Positions 46,201 to 55,866 of a stretch of 64,000 nt of DNA are shown here, piece after piece; position 1 is the stretch's first letter, and every line of letters starts with the position of its first letter. The notes under the pieces were generated by a model. It was not told the DNA's origin. It saw only the letters and a list, made by a program, of their open reading frames with translations, and ran no database searches. Origin of the DNA: a virus (lineage: Duplodnaviria; Caudoviricetes); IMG/VR virus record IMGVR_UViG_3300020577_002484, positions 1-64,000 of that record. One strand, 5' to 3'. Position numbers and translations under genes: made by a program.

Positions 46201-47621
46201 GACAGAAGTTGAAAAGTACACTTTTGATGCTCTTGAGAAGTAACTTTGATAATGTCACCAGTAGTGAGCAGGCAATACTTATTCTGTAATTGGATATTTG
46301 GATCTACTATGTAGAAGGTATCCTTCTTGTCATCGAGCTTTGGTCCCACTACCACGTTTGTGTATGATGGGATAAAGTTATCAATGGTAAAGGTTCTTCC
46401 ACTCATAACCCCGAGGATCAACATACCTCCAAAGTTCACGTAGATGGGGACATTTTGTGGGAAGTATTCACCTCCAGAAATGAGAACTTGGTTTGAAAGG
46501 AACTGTTGCTGTTGGAGCATTGCCTCTTGGACGAGAGCAATCTCACGATTGATTCTTCCATAATCCTGAATCAATGCAGCAATCTTAGTTCTCAAGCTAC
46601 CAATCACACCAAAGATGTATTTCTCATTTTCACCATCAACCTCTGAGGCTTTCTTTTCAAACTCAATGTCAGAGAGTTTGTTAGTGAAGTTCTTAATTAA
46701 CTTCATGACCTTGTCTCTTTCACCCTTGACCACATCAATGCGATCCTGAATATCCTGCTTCTGCGTGTCATAATCTGGGTCTTCTTCATCCAAATTATAA
46801 TACTCTTCGATCATCGCATCTATCTGCTTGTTGTATTTCTCAACACTGTAGATACGATCTTCGCGGGCTTGCTTGAGTTCATCCTCCTCTTTGATCAAGG
46901 CAATATAAGCATCTTGAATATCGAGAGGTAGTGGGATCTGTTCTTTCACATAGTTGCCGAACGTGATGTATGTCTCAAAAGCATACTGCAACTTGGAGAG
47001 ATCATTTTCCAGCATTTTCTTTTTGAATTGCAGGGTTACATCTGGAAAGCCGAAAAGGGACATAGTTGTCCCTGTACGTGCTGATCCAATTTTCGTAGCT
47101 GGTGAGTGTACCACTCCACCAAACCCTACAGGCCAAACCACGCCAATAAACTCAGGAACGATATTTGCATATTGTCCCTCTTCAATGGCAAACCCAACCT
47201 CACCAGTGTAGATTTGGGTCATAATGCTAAAAGATACGGTTCTAGAATCTCGATCCCATTCAATGGGAGAGACAATCTGACCGTAGAGAATTGGAAAGGC
47301 ATCAGAGATTGGAAGATCCTCAAAATGCTGGTAGACCGTACAAGGTCTTTTGTGCAGAGGATAAGTGTCCATCAGTGCCTTAATGGTTCCATCAGTATCA
47401 TCCAGTGTCACCGAACAAGTCGAGGAACCACCAGTCTTCGCCAGACTGATGATCTCCTCGACTGTGGACATCTGTATGATTTTGGGATTCACTCCAGGGA
47501 TGGCTTTATCGCCATATCTGGTAACAGTACCATCTTGCCATTGAACCTCAATGAAGTTCATAGGACGGGTACCTTGCTCAGTAGCGATCTTTGCCAAAGC
47601 TGTGGAGTTGATATTCCTCAT
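43215..47621 (-). CDS. Large tail-tip/central tail protein
   Basis: 1468 aa; VTLDDTDG...VSFSI and VWPVGFGGVVHSPA N-terminal tail-tip pattern; follows Dit-like genes. Confidence 0.65.
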   Translation of the reverse strand: MRNINSTALAKIATEQGTRPMNFIEVQWQDGTVTRYGDKAIPGVNPKIIQMSTVEEIISLAKTGGSSTCSVTLDDTDGTIKALMDTYPLHKRPCTVYQHFEDLPISDAFPILYGQIVSPIEWDRDSRTVSFSIMTQIYTGEVGFAIEEGQYANIVPEFIGVVWPVGFGGVVHSPATKIGSARTGTTMSLFGFPDVTLQFKKKMLENDLSKLQYAFETYITFGNYVKEQIPLPLDIQDAYIALIKEEDELKQAREDRIYSVEKYNKQIDAMIEEYYNLDEEDPDYDTQKQDIQDRIDVVKGERDKVMKLIKNFTNKLSDIEFEKKASEVDGENEKYIFGVIGSLRTKIAALIQDYGRINREIALVQEAMLQQQQFLSNQVLISGGEYFPQNVPIYVNFGGMLILGVMSGRTFTIDNFIPSYTNVVVGPKLDDKKDTFYIVDPNIQLQNKYCLLTTGDIIKVTSQEHQKCTFQLLSDPNNRRMQKRPIQYSGQNSTAINEGLGNILTGDETLDEINFIINTFPRDLSQAAWKKLIGQNNTQKIKMYGTPTNGTWTISVDEFESLPIPLHATAQDVDNALHYLPSVQNFLNSGNGNNQPSFTVTGGPLDKDHEITITFNKMPMPILKVDSEGLCGDSIIRMEDTAASGTFTFQISNVSVQNSSGSNITIPAITVPWDASAALINSSLNQYSQVVTFSGGVFPDDPLTVHFLDPNATIEITDNSLLKANGKKAYVFVEPEDDERAFITAYTDSTGAHEHTTQEIDSLLKNVVGKGEFGTNLKKARKAMLQAYNEMKDAMNDDELTDDDYQVIKKAFYETVREYWGVIKKIYYAKSVMEEAYAPISQHEYKHLFEMEVYHYLEWVRSMTPIDVTDDNTEKYFLTGFNVTGISEVSPAILPQWVANFGALDEYGLRRRIDALPSTDPWINQVGSQCVLNANFQEKYVANTLPSTVTGVYGRRTIKGVGTLVPIPSRYYIKNESENFGLFNATTITLVRPLSDFVDEQWEDSVFVSYTSSVGPNTADIIQHIIENYTNLTVDNDSFDHVRTILANYPQNFVINEQRNALDLIKDIAWQARCMVDLKGQVVRLVYLAETPDPVDTITNDDIVIGTFKLMHTETEDINTKMVATWKPSLHLDKENKIILRHNVARYGLSEEVHNFFTYNIYDLVYKSATFWMIRNCNSWKVVAFKCPLTKLNLEMHDCITLDVGTDVSNGPVNGIIQKAVYDSSTNSVDFEVLLPIRMGDMEPYDFFWPAGISINNYFPKITDIVSGYAGNPINSNVPTGNPYDPNDPSLLIYRPKTYGQIKVSDHGDELPKNPALDFKEVDYNTTTTYTSPSTSGSKQISDDRDVEKDAPNNESHAEADRPKNDSTKEWNNIEPTFSAFGRVIEYDTEKSGTETDMPEKADSDAEVTKQFYKVRLTDGRLVSVRQMQIAKDSRIPGGTMAYVSYDKHQKEFQMQVPVFLWPDTGIS

Positions 47622-47629
47622 AATTCCCT

Positions 47630-47998
47630 CTAGTTGATTTTAGTTCCCTCAAACTGTACATGAATCGTACAGAATTCAGATCGACCAAGAATCTCAATGT
47701 TTATCGAGTCCTCAATGAAATAAACTACCCAGACTTCATTGTTCCAGTTGGTCAACCTAATAGGCTGGTCATTATAAGCCTTATAAAACTCACGAAGTTC
47801 AATAGCTTTCTCTCTTGTCAAAGAGATGTTATAGGTTAGCTTTCTCCTATTGTTCTTTTTTACATAGGTGAAAGTCTTACCACTAGCTGATCTCAACACA
47901 TTGATTTGACTCTGAGGGGCCAAGGTGTCCCCTAACTCTGCGTTAGGGAACACCGAGGTTGTTTGAATCAGAGTATGTGGTGCTTGCAGGATGATCAT
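47630..47998 (-). CDS. Distal-tail/minor tail protein
   Basis: Position; RRKLTYNI...ELREFY pattern. Confidence 0.55.
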   Translation of the reverse strand: MIILQAPHTLIQTTSVFPNAELGDTLAPQSQINVLRSASGKTFTYVKKNNRRKLTYNISLTREKAIELREFYKAYNDQPIRLTNWNNEVWVVYFIEDSINIEILGRSEFCTIHVQFEGTKIN

Positions 47999-48468
47999 AC
48001 TACTTCACCTTGAAAAGTGAACTCAGCAGTATAGTTGCATTGCTTGCCAACATCTGTAACTACTGAGTCAGGATTCAGGATTATTCCTTTCCACTGTTGA
48101 GATTCATAGTCGAGGTAGCCAATGTCAACACCCAAAGAAGCATCAACAAAAGCCAAGACCTCAAGAACCTTTGCATAAGGTAAAGCACCAATTACAAAGT
48201 TGAGTATATGATTCTGTGGCCAATCCCTGTCATTGAAGATCAGCATATCATTGTTTCGAGTTCTACGATTTACTCTTCGTAGCTGAACTGCCTCCTTATT
48301 CTGAAACTCAGGTGATCTAAGTTCCAAGGTCAAAGTAGGGCTTGTATAAGGGTATGTAAGTATTACTGTGTTTCTTCTGATAAGGGATGGAATAATTGAC
48401 GGGGGCGGGGTTAGGTTGTTATTCCCTGGAGAAATTTGTGGGTTATAATGCTTCAAGTCCATTGGCAT
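47995..48468 (-). CDS. Distal-tail/minor tail protein
   Basis: Position; HILNFV...IGYLDYESQQWKGIIL. Confidence 0.55.
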   Translation of the reverse strand: MPMDLKHYNPQISPGNNNLTPPPSIIPSLIRRNTVILTYPYTSPTLTLELRSPEFQNKEAVQLRRVNRRTRNNDMLIFNDRDWPQNHILNFVIGALPYAKVLEVLAFVDASLGVDIGYLDYESQQWKGIILNPDSVVTDVGKQCNYTAEFTFQGEVV

Positions 48469-48483
48469 GATAAACCTTCCTTT

Positions 48484-49860
48484 CTACAGGATGTAGTAAG
48501 CCACTGTATCTGCGAGTCCAAGTGTGTCCTCTACTTGGATACTTGGGTTAATCCCAATAGTCACAGAATCGTGGAGAATGATTTGGTCGATAAGGTATTT
48601 ATCTTCAACAAACACCCTATCACAGCAAAGATCGAAAGTGACATTGATCTCAAAGTTATCAGAAAGTTCTAGATAATCTTTCAAATTGGTAGGCCACCAC
48701 CAATCAGATATATTGATTGTTTGAGTGACACTAACCTCAATGGCTCTTTGGGCTAGATCCTGAATACCAATACAGTCACAGAGCATTTGGTACGATACCA
48801 AGTTGACCTTGACTGTCTGAGTGATATTGAGTTCATCAACCAAGAACTTCCTACCACTGTCAACAACTCTAACAGTCACAGACTGTCCGAGGCTCAACCC
48901 TTGAGTCATTGGGTCGTACTTCAGATTCCTGAATTCTGCTGTATCACCAAACACCAGAGTGTGAAGTATGTTTTGTTGCTGAAACAGATCGTAGGTCAAA
49001 GTATCAGAGATTACTAAATCTCCAACTACTCTCTGTACCTCGAAGTTGTTAGCAGCAACAAGCTGAGTCAATGCCAAGGTGTGAGTCAAATTTCCTTGTG
49101 GTAAGACTCTGGTGTCATAAGCATCACTTACTGTAATGTTATCTGCTAGGTTGAACTCAAGGTTGTTATAGTAAGTTACTCCCTGTCCAAGGTTCAGAGA
49201 GTGTTGGATACTCTGTTGTTGCAAGTTTCTCTGATCGAAACTGCTCACTAGAGTCAGTGTGTCAGTGAAGCTAAAAGGCAAGATCCTATGCAAAGTGTCA
49301 CTGATAGTGAGTGTATCAATCAGTGATCTTGTCAGAGCTAATGCTGGTTCAGCATTATCACTCAGAGTGAGTGTTTGGCTCACAGATACAGTTGGGTCTA
49401 TCTTCAGAGCCAAATCTGTCAGGCTCAACGAGTCAGACAGGGAGAATAGAAAATTCCTTGTAGCAATATCTGACAAAGCTAAGTAGTCCAACAGTGATGT
49501 CGTAAAGTCAGCATTATACTCAACAGAGTCACTTAGGGTCAGTGTTGAACTTACATCAGTCCTGCCAATGTAGTGAACATCAAAAGCATCAGCCAGTGAG
49601 AGTGTATCTGATAGATCACTGGTGAAGATACCATTTAGATTGATACTATCTATTAGTGACAGTGTATCACTTTTGTCCAATGTGAATACAAAGTTTCCTA
49701 ATAGATCATCAGCCAAAGAAAGATCCGACGAGGCAATGCCAAGTCTATCGGCAGTTGCACTCGTCGAATCAGAAAGACTGAGTAGATGGTAGATATTCTG
49801 AAAAAGACCAGAGCTTAAGCCAGAGATTGGTGCTCCGGAAATCGGATCATGCGATTCCAT
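48484..49860 (-). CDS. Virion protein with tandem ~18-20-aa S/T-D-x-L-x-L-x-D repeats
   Basis: SDTLSLIDS, SDTLSLADA, SSTLTLSDS, SDSLSLTDL, SQTLTLSDN, IDTLTISDT. Confidence 0.7.
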   Translation of the reverse strand: MESHDPISGAPISGLSSGLFQNIYHLLSLSDSTSATADRLGIASSDLSLADDLLGNFVFTLDKSDTLSLIDSINLNGIFTSDLSDTLSLADAFDVHYIGRTDVSSTLTLSDSVEYNADFTTSLLDYLALSDIATRNFLFSLSDSLSLTDLALKIDPTVSVSQTLTLSDNAEPALALTRSLIDTLTISDTLHRILPFSFTDTLTLVSSFDQRNLQQQSIQHSLNLGQGVTYYNNLEFNLADNITVSDAYDTRVLPQGNLTHTLALTQLVAANNFEVQRVVGDLVISDTLTYDLFQQQNILHTLVFGDTAEFRNLKYDPMTQGLSLGQSVTVRVVDSGRKFLVDELNITQTVKVNLVSYQMLCDCIGIQDLAQRAIEVSVTQTINISDWWWPTNLKDYLELSDNFEINVTFDLCCDRVFVEDKYLIDQIILHDSVTIGINPSIQVEDTLGLADTVAYYIL

Positions 49861-49887
49861 TGTTCATTCCTTTCTCTGGCTCTATGC

Positions 49888-50430
49888 TTAGGCATTAACA
49901 GTATAAGTAACCTTGAGTTGGTCACCGTTATTCACAGGGACAACAGAACCGAACGCGGCGGTGGACCAAAGGGTTCCACTCGTGCCACCCTTGGTTGAGT
50001 TGCTTGCCACAAAGATACCTTTGAGGTTAGCAGAACCAGTGATGGAGAACGTAGCAACAGTTCCGTTAGTGATGGCTTTGGATGCCGAAGCGTCCGGACC
50101 CCACGCAACACGAGTGGATTCATTGTAGGTAGTGAACTCAGTCCAACCACTGTGAGAACCCATCGTGTCAGCATCTGCAAAAGCGGTCCAACCAGAGTTG
50201 TTGACCAGTCCAAAGTACCAAGCTGCAATCTGGGTCTGATTACGGAACATGATGTCAAGCAAAGAATTCTTGCCCACATCGACGATACCGTTCTTGAACC
50301 CATAAACATTGAGGAGATTGCCTCTGCTGTCCAAGTGAAGCAAGTTGTACTTGCCACCCATTTTCAATTGGCCTTCTTCAATAGAGTCCGGCACAGTGAT
50401 CGAGGGCTTTTGGAAGTAAGAATTAAGCAT
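49888..50430 (-). CDS. Putative tail protein
   Basis: Beta-rich; directly after the tape measure gene. Confidence 0.6.
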   Translation of the reverse strand: MLNSYFQKPSITVPDSIEEGQLKMGGKYNLLHLDSRGNLLNVYGFKNGIVDVGKNSLLDIMFRNQTQIAAWYFGLVNNSGWTAFADADTMGSHSGWTEFTTYNESTRVAWGPDASASKAITNGTVATFSITGSANLKGIFVASNSTKGGTSGTLWSTAAFGSVVPVNNGDQLKVTYTVNA

Positions 50431-50443
50431 TCTTTAGCCTTTC

Positions 50444-53400
50444 TTAGGTAAGTTTCAAAGTGCCGTTGCGAATGGCACGACGTAAATGGCGACCAATTTC
50501 AACGACTGATTGGGCCGGGGTACTATCACCGTTGACACTTACGTTAATGTCTCCGATGTTAGTGACAGGTCCACCTTCAGAGAAACCACGAGGTGCGTAG
50601 CCACCATTCATTGCAACCAAGGTTGAATAGAATCTTTTGGTAGCTTCACCGTTGACAATAAACTCATCACTTCTGGCTGCAATGATTTGATTATCACCAG
50701 AACCGTACGGGGTTGGTCCTCCTACCATACCACCTCTTGCTCGTCCGGGAATAGGTATGGATTTACCATCTTGGTCTAATACGGTAAGTGGAGGTACACT
50801 ACCAAGTTTGGATATAAGTTCATCAATTTTCTTAATGAGGTCGTTGAGAGACTCATTGCTATTGTTGAACAATTGTTCCTTGGCTTTATTCATTTGTTCA
50901 TAGGCTTCAGTATACTGTACTTGAGCAGTTTTATAAGCTTCAAGGGCTTCGTTGATCTTATCAATATCTTCTTGACCACCAGCATCTGGATTTCTCTCAA
51001 GGATCTTTTTATAAAGTGAGTTGACTTTTGCAGTAGCACCCTTAATACCTGCAGTAGATTGGTCCTTAGACGATCTATTCAGGTAGTCCAAAGCTTCTTG
51101 AAACTCCCTATTCAAGACCTTATCAGGTGTGTCAGCACCACCAACTCCGAAGGGTATCTGTACCCCAACTCCTTTAGAGGACAGATTCTTCGATGCTTCT
51201 ATGAGTATACCAGCAGCCCCGCCTTTAGCAGTTTCTGCCTCGGAAAGCTTTTTCGCTGTATTATCGCCACCTTGTTGCAATTGCTTTTGGGCAGCTAAAA
51301 TTTTCTCTTGTATTTCAAAATACTGTTTGGCTACAGCAACCTTGTTCACAGCGTTGGCATAGCTTTGTTCCTCAAACAGTCTAAGTTGGGCTTCAATCTC
51401 CTTAGCTTTGTTGAGTATAGCTATTCTATCGTTTCCAAGAGTCTGGTTTAGGGACTTTTGAACATCTTTTTGACGTTGCTCCTGCTTATCAATATTTTGT
51501 TCTTCAAGTTCAATTCTTCTATTGTTAATATCTCTCAACTCATCAACTAATCCGTTGACACTTCTCTTACCAGTCCCTCCCTTTTTCTTGTTAAGGGTAT
51601 CTTGTTTCTGGATTGCCTTATCAAGGAAACCATCAGCAAGGTCGAATTGGCGTCTAGCTTCTTCAAAGTCACCTTTGTCTTGGGCTTCGATGCCTTTTTG
51701 CTTGGATTGGGCGGACCTTTGTTTGAGTGCAGAAATCTGTTGTTGGTCGGTCTTACCACCTATTCGTCTGTTGAACTCTCGTTCTTCAAACGACTCGGTA
51801 AGTCTTTTGATAATCCGTTCACTTTCTTGGATACTATCCTTTGTATCCTTGAAAATGTCAAACTTCTTTCCTGCGATCTGATCAATTAACCTACTGGCCT
51901 CATCAAGGTTTGCTCTCGCATCCTCGACGCTACCAGTGAGGGACAGTTGACCCTGTTCGTTCACAGCGAATACGTTATTTGTCTTGTTATAAAGTTCAAG
52001 GAGTTTGTTTTGAAGAGCATTCAGAGTCTCTGAATCAGAGAGACCCTTAATAGAATCTTCAAATGTCTTTTTGTCAAAGTTGACTTGGAGATTCAATTCA
52101 CGGTCAAGACTCTTTTCAATCTCATTCCTGGCCTTCTGAAGGAGTCTCTTCAAACCTTGGGTAATTTCCTCAGAGGAGTTATAAGTCTCTTTTTGAGAGG
52201 TTATAGCTTCATAGATTGATGGCAGGTCTTTGACTCTAGCGGCCAATAGGTCAACAGATTTCAGAGCTTCATCAACTTGATTGGAATAAGCTTCATTTGC
52301 AGGTAAGAACTGTTGGTTCAGGTATTTGTTTCTCTGTTCGGAGAGTTCTCTGTAAGCAGCTATTTGTGCATAGAGTTGCTTATTTCTAAATTCTATGTAC
52401 TCTCGTTGCTTATTTTCAAACTCTCTCTTCTCTTCGCTACCTGCTTTATCCCTCTGATCGGACAGGTAAGCGTAGGCTCCAGCCAATGCCCCAATAGAAA
52501 CAATTAACGCTCCAACTGGTGCTACCAAAGCTACCAAAGCAAGTGAGAACGAAGATAATCCTAAGGTAGCAATACCAACAGTGGAGCCTATCGCAGTTAT
52601 TACAGGAATTGCTAGTCTCAATGCACCGACTGCTGCTGTTGCAGCTATCAAACCGGAGATTGAGCCACCTAAACCTGATATGATTAGTCCAACATTTTGG
52701 GAATTGACTCCTAGGAGTCCAATGGAATTAGCAAGGACATTTATGGCCCCTGTGAAAACCACTAGACCGTTGCTGACTCCAACAATCAAGTCACCGAATG
52801 ATGCCACGATCTTATGCAACCCTTGCATACTGTCAGAGAGTCTTGCAATGGACCTTACAAGATTGTTACCAATATCAATGGCTAAAACATTCTTGATCCT
52901 ATTGATTTCTTGTTCAAACTTGAAGCCAGGATTTGTCAAAGCTATTGCTTTAGCTTTGTTATATTCCTCAAGAGCTTTCTTAGCTCCTTCGGCTGAGCCA
53001 CCAACAGCCACTAGAGCTTTAGCGTATTTCTCTTCAAAGGTAGTGTTACCAGTAAAGGTAGCAATACCTTGGATAGCACGCATATCCTCTAGCTCTTTAG
53101 CTATTTTGCTGATACCACCTTTTTCTATCTCTTCGGCGAATTTTTGCAAAACACCGGAAAATCCAAAGGTAGCAATGGCTGCCTCCCCAGATGTGACCTT
53201 CCATTCACGGAATAAATCTTTCATTTCCTGTGTAGGCTTAATCAACTTCAAGAGGACGTTACGCATCAAAGTGTTAGATGTATCAAATGTAACACCTTGA
53301 ATGGTAGCCACAGCTATGGCAGCAGAAAGCTCTTCAAATCTAACACCAGCAATTGCAGCAAGAGAAGCCGTAGCACCAATGGTGTTTGCCATCTCAGCAG

Positions 53401-54529
53401 CACGAACACGTCCAACCTCAATAGTTTTGAACAGCACAGAGGTAACTCTGTCAGCATCAAGAAGTGAGAGATTGTAAGAGTTCAATATACTGGAGATAAG
53501 ATTAACAGAGTCACCGAGTGAAGAAACTGAGACCTTGGCAAACTCTGAGGCTTTGGCCATGAAGTTTGTCGAGGTAGCAGCATTCACAACCTGATTGGAG
53601 ATTGCTTCGTAGGAACCTTCAGCAACATCAAGAATGTCCAGAGAAAAGTTGTCGCTCAATTGTCTTAAGCTGGCGGACCAGTCTGCTGTACTTCTTGAGT
53701 TTCTTTGAGTAATAGTTTGAATTTCAGCGATCTTAATTTGAAGCTTAACTGATTTATCAGTGGCTTCGCTAATAGCACCAATCAATTGATTGATGAAGAT
53801 GTGTGCAATCTGAATCTGGAAAAGTCTCACAAGGCTTTGCCAAGTGAGCAACAGTTGAGCAGATTGTTGATTAGCTTGTGGATAACCCGATCCACCTCCA
53901 CCACCTCCCGGAGGGCCGGGCGGAGGACCGGGCGGAGGACCGGGTGGTCCCGGAGGCGGCGGTTGAGGAGGTCCGGGCGGAGGAGGTAAAGGTGGCCCCG
54001 GAGGTCTAGGACCGGGCGGTTGGGGTGGCCCCGGAGGTCTAGGACCGGGCGGTTGAGGAGGGTTAGGTGGATTATTTCTCGGTTGAGGGTATTGGTACCT
54101 TATCAAACCGTTCGCACTACTTAGTGAGGCTATTTTATCATGGATTTGTGAAACAGCACGGTCTACTGTGATCAATGCGTTTGAGGTATTTATAGTCAAT
54201 TGGGCAGGTGTTGATATCTCAGCCTTCAAATCTTGAATGGCCCTTTGGACTTTCCTCATAATGAATTCGGATGATCGTAATTTAGAATTAACGACCTCCC
54301 ACTCATTACTGACTCTCTTCAAGACCAGTTCAAGTTGCTTATTATTTGTAGTAAGCAACTTGACTCTAAGGTCAACTAGCTGTCCAGCCTTATCGAACTT
54401 CTCAAAAGTGTCAACTACTTTGAGAATATCTCCACCGGTAGAAGCTAGAACATCCTTAACACCTTTCAACCCAGAAATGAAGTCTTTGGTGTCTACACCT
54501 AAATTGACAATTTCTTCTTTGCCAGCCAT
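50444..54529 (-). CDS. Tail tape measure protein (TP901-like) with a polyproline segment
   Basis: 1361 aa; helical Ala/Gly repeats, TM-like segments, C-terminal ARGG...DEFIV..EAT...FSEGG. Confidence 0.9.
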   Translation of the reverse strand: MAGKEEIVNLGVDTKDFISGLKGVKDVLASTGGDILKVVDTFEKFDKAGQLVDLRVKLLTTNNKQLELVLKRVSNEWEVVNSKLRSSEFIMRKVQRAIQDLKAEISTPAQLTINTSNALITVDRAVSQIHDKIASLSSANGLIRYQYPQPRNNPPNPPQPPGPRPPGPPQPPGPRPPGPPLPPPPGPPQPPPPGPPGPPPGPPPGPPGGGGGGSGYPQANQQSAQLLLTWQSLVRLFQIQIAHIFINQLIGAISEATDKSVKLQIKIAEIQTITQRNSRSTADWSASLRQLSDNFSLDILDVAEGSYEAISNQVVNAATSTNFMAKASEFAKVSVSSLGDSVNLISSILNSYNLSLLDADRVTSVLFKTIEVGRVRAAEMANTIGATASLAAIAGVRFEELSAAIAVATIQGVTFDTSNTLMRNVLLKLIKPTQEMKDLFREWKVTSGEAAIATFGFSGVLQKFAEEIEKGGISKIAKELEDMRAIQGIATFTGNTTFEEKYAKALVAVGGSAEGAKKALEEYNKAKAIALTNPGFKFEQEINRIKNVLAIDIGNNLVRSIARLSDSMQGLHKIVASFGDLIVGVSNGLVVFTGAINVLANSIGLLGVNSQNVGLIISGLGGSISGLIAATAAVGALRLAIPVITAIGSTVGIATLGLSSFSLALVALVAPVGALIVSIGALAGAYAYLSDQRDKAGSEEKREFENKQREYIEFRNKQLYAQIAAYRELSEQRNKYLNQQFLPANEAYSNQVDEALKSVDLLAARVKDLPSIYEAITSQKETYNSSEEITQGLKRLLQKARNEIEKSLDRELNLQVNFDKKTFEDSIKGLSDSETLNALQNKLLELYNKTNNVFAVNEQGQLSLTGSVEDARANLDEASRLIDQIAGKKFDIFKDTKDSIQESERIIKRLTESFEEREFNRRIGGKTDQQQISALKQRSAQSKQKGIEAQDKGDFEEARRQFDLADGFLDKAIQKQDTLNKKKGGTGKRSVNGLVDELRDINNRRIELEEQNIDKQEQRQKDVQKSLNQTLGNDRIAILNKAKEIEAQLRLFEEQSYANAVNKVAVAKQYFEIQEKILAAQKQLQQGGDNTAKKLSEAETAKGGAAGILIEASKNLSSKGVGVQIPFGVGGADTPDKVLNREFQEALDYLNRSSKDQSTAGIKGATAKVNSLYKKILERNPDAGGQEDIDKINEALEAYKTAQVQYTEAYEQMNKAKEQLFNNSNESLNDLIKKIDELISKLGSVPPLTVLDQDGKSIPIPGRARGGMVGGPTPYGSGDNQIIAARSDEFIVNGEATKRFYSTLVAMNGGYAPRGFSEGGPVTNIGDINVSVNGDSTPAQSVVEIGRHLRRAIRNGTLKLT
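53893..54067. repeat. GC-rich PPGP/PPQP repeat inside the tape measure gene
   Basis: 32-nt unit repeated at 53991 and 54024 (33-nt period) within a Pro/Gly run. Confidence 0.9.
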
Positions 54530-54531
54530 TA

Positions 54532-55194
54532 TTAGACTTTCCTTCTGGTTCTAATCCGGATCTTGGGACCATTAACATACCGACTATTCGCACCATAAGT
54601 TATGTTAGTTTCCAAGAAGAAGTCTTGAAATTTAGGTAGATGATCCCTGATGTCAGACATACTTGCGAACCAAGCATCCCTACCGCGTTGTAGTGCGAAC
54701 CAAGGCCCGGTGTTTCCTAAGTTGTGAAATTCTGCTAAGGTGAAATGGTACACCTTAGTTTGAAAGGTGAATTTGATCTTATTACTGTTAAGATCAAATA
54801 GGTCATCTGGTGAGGAGGCATTGGTGGATAATCTAGCCCCAGATTCTGGGGTTTTTCTGATTCTTGGGCCACCACCCGGTGGGTAGTACCACTTGACTAA
54901 TGATCTCCACCTACCACCTTTCCACTTTCTACCCCTGTTTGTACGTCTTTGACTTGTTACTTGCCTCTCCGTGTATGGTAGGGATGCAATTGGTACTGCC
55001 ACCTTTAGCAATCGTCCTAAGTTCAAAAATGAACCTCGTGCCATACCAGTCTGTACGGGGACAAGAGGAATGGCTGCCCGCAGAAAAGCACGGGAAGCCA
55101 CTCGGGATCTAGTAAGAACAGCCTCATTGGTAGCTTTAGTCATATTCTCAACATCGAGACCTAGAATAGTTACAGTAGCTGTGAATCTAGGCAT
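54532..55194 (-). CDS. Tail completion protein (HK97 gp10-like)
   Basis: LVPVQTGMARGS (PVDTG-LR-S-like motif). Confidence 0.6.
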   Translation of the reverse strand: MPRFTATVTILGLDVENMTKATNEAVLTRSRVASRAFLRAAIPLVPVQTGMARGSFLNLGRLLKVAVPIASLPYTERQVTSQRRTNRGRKWKGGRWRSLVKWYYPPGGGPRIRKTPESGARLSTNASSPDDLFDLNSNKIKFTFQTKVYHFTLAEFHNLGNTGPWFALQRGRDAWFASMSDIRDHLPKFQDFFLETNITYGANSRYVNGPKIRIRTRRKV

Positions 55195-55852
55195 TATATT
55201 CCTCTCAATGCTGAGTAAATTTCAGTCTCCTCCATTTGTCGAAGCTGACTGTAAGCTATCAAAGCGGCCTGAGCATCTACATCGCAATCCTCCCACTTAC
55301 CATTTACGTTGGGTGGGAGGATTTTGAACCTCTCGCAAGCACTCCAGACAGCATATCTCTCCGTCCTAGCCGGAGGTAAGATTACTCTGTTGGTGTACTC
55401 GCTAGACCAGCTAAAAAAGATTCTCTGGCCCTCTGAATCTTAGATTCGCTGAGGCCATTCACGATAGTGATGGTATTGAGAAGATACAAAATCTCGCCTT
55501 CAGTCAAGAAGGTTCTGAGTTCATCCTTCCAATCCTTCCAAGTCTGAGGATCTTCATACTTGACCATTTCCCATTCAAGTCCCGGTGTGTCCCGGAGTGA
55601 TGTGAGAATGGTCCAGTCGGACTTCATTTGCAAATACTTAGCGATGTCTTCCTTATACTCATCGCTCTCCACATTTTTGACTACCCTGTTGTCAGGGTAA
55701 CGGATGACCGGAGGTTCTGGTATCGGTACCATCTTCTCAAAGTCTTCATGAGAGAGCAAAGCTTTGCAATAAAAAACAACGTCCCCATCTTCGCGAGGGA
55801 AGATGGCATACTCAACTGAGGGTGCGGATAATTTCCGACCATTGATCTTCAT
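55194..55852 (-). CDS. Tail assembly chaperone GT (-1 frameshift product)
   Basis: T TTT TTA at 55412-55418; -1 frame open for 72 codons after the slip site; its TAA overlaps the next ATG. Confidence 0.8.
55382..55852 (-). CDS. Tail assembly chaperone G
   Basis: Position downstream of the major tail gene; slippery site near the 3' end. Confidence 0.8.
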   Translation of the reverse strand: MKINGRKLSAPSVEYAIFPREDGDVVFYCKALLSHEDFEKMVPIPEPPVIRYPDNRVVKNVESDEYKEDIAKYLQMKSDWTILTSLRDTPGLEWEMVKYEDPQTWKDWKDELRTFLTEGEILYLLNTITIVNGLSESKIQRARESFLAGLASTPTE

Positions 55853-55866
55853 AACTGGCCTTTCAC

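Noticed and set aside
39035-47621. Diversity-generating retroelement targeting tail genes
   Set aside because: No reverse transcriptase and no TR/VR repeat pair noticed
52581-53300. 239-aa plus-strand ORF
   Set aside because: Antisense to the tape measure gene
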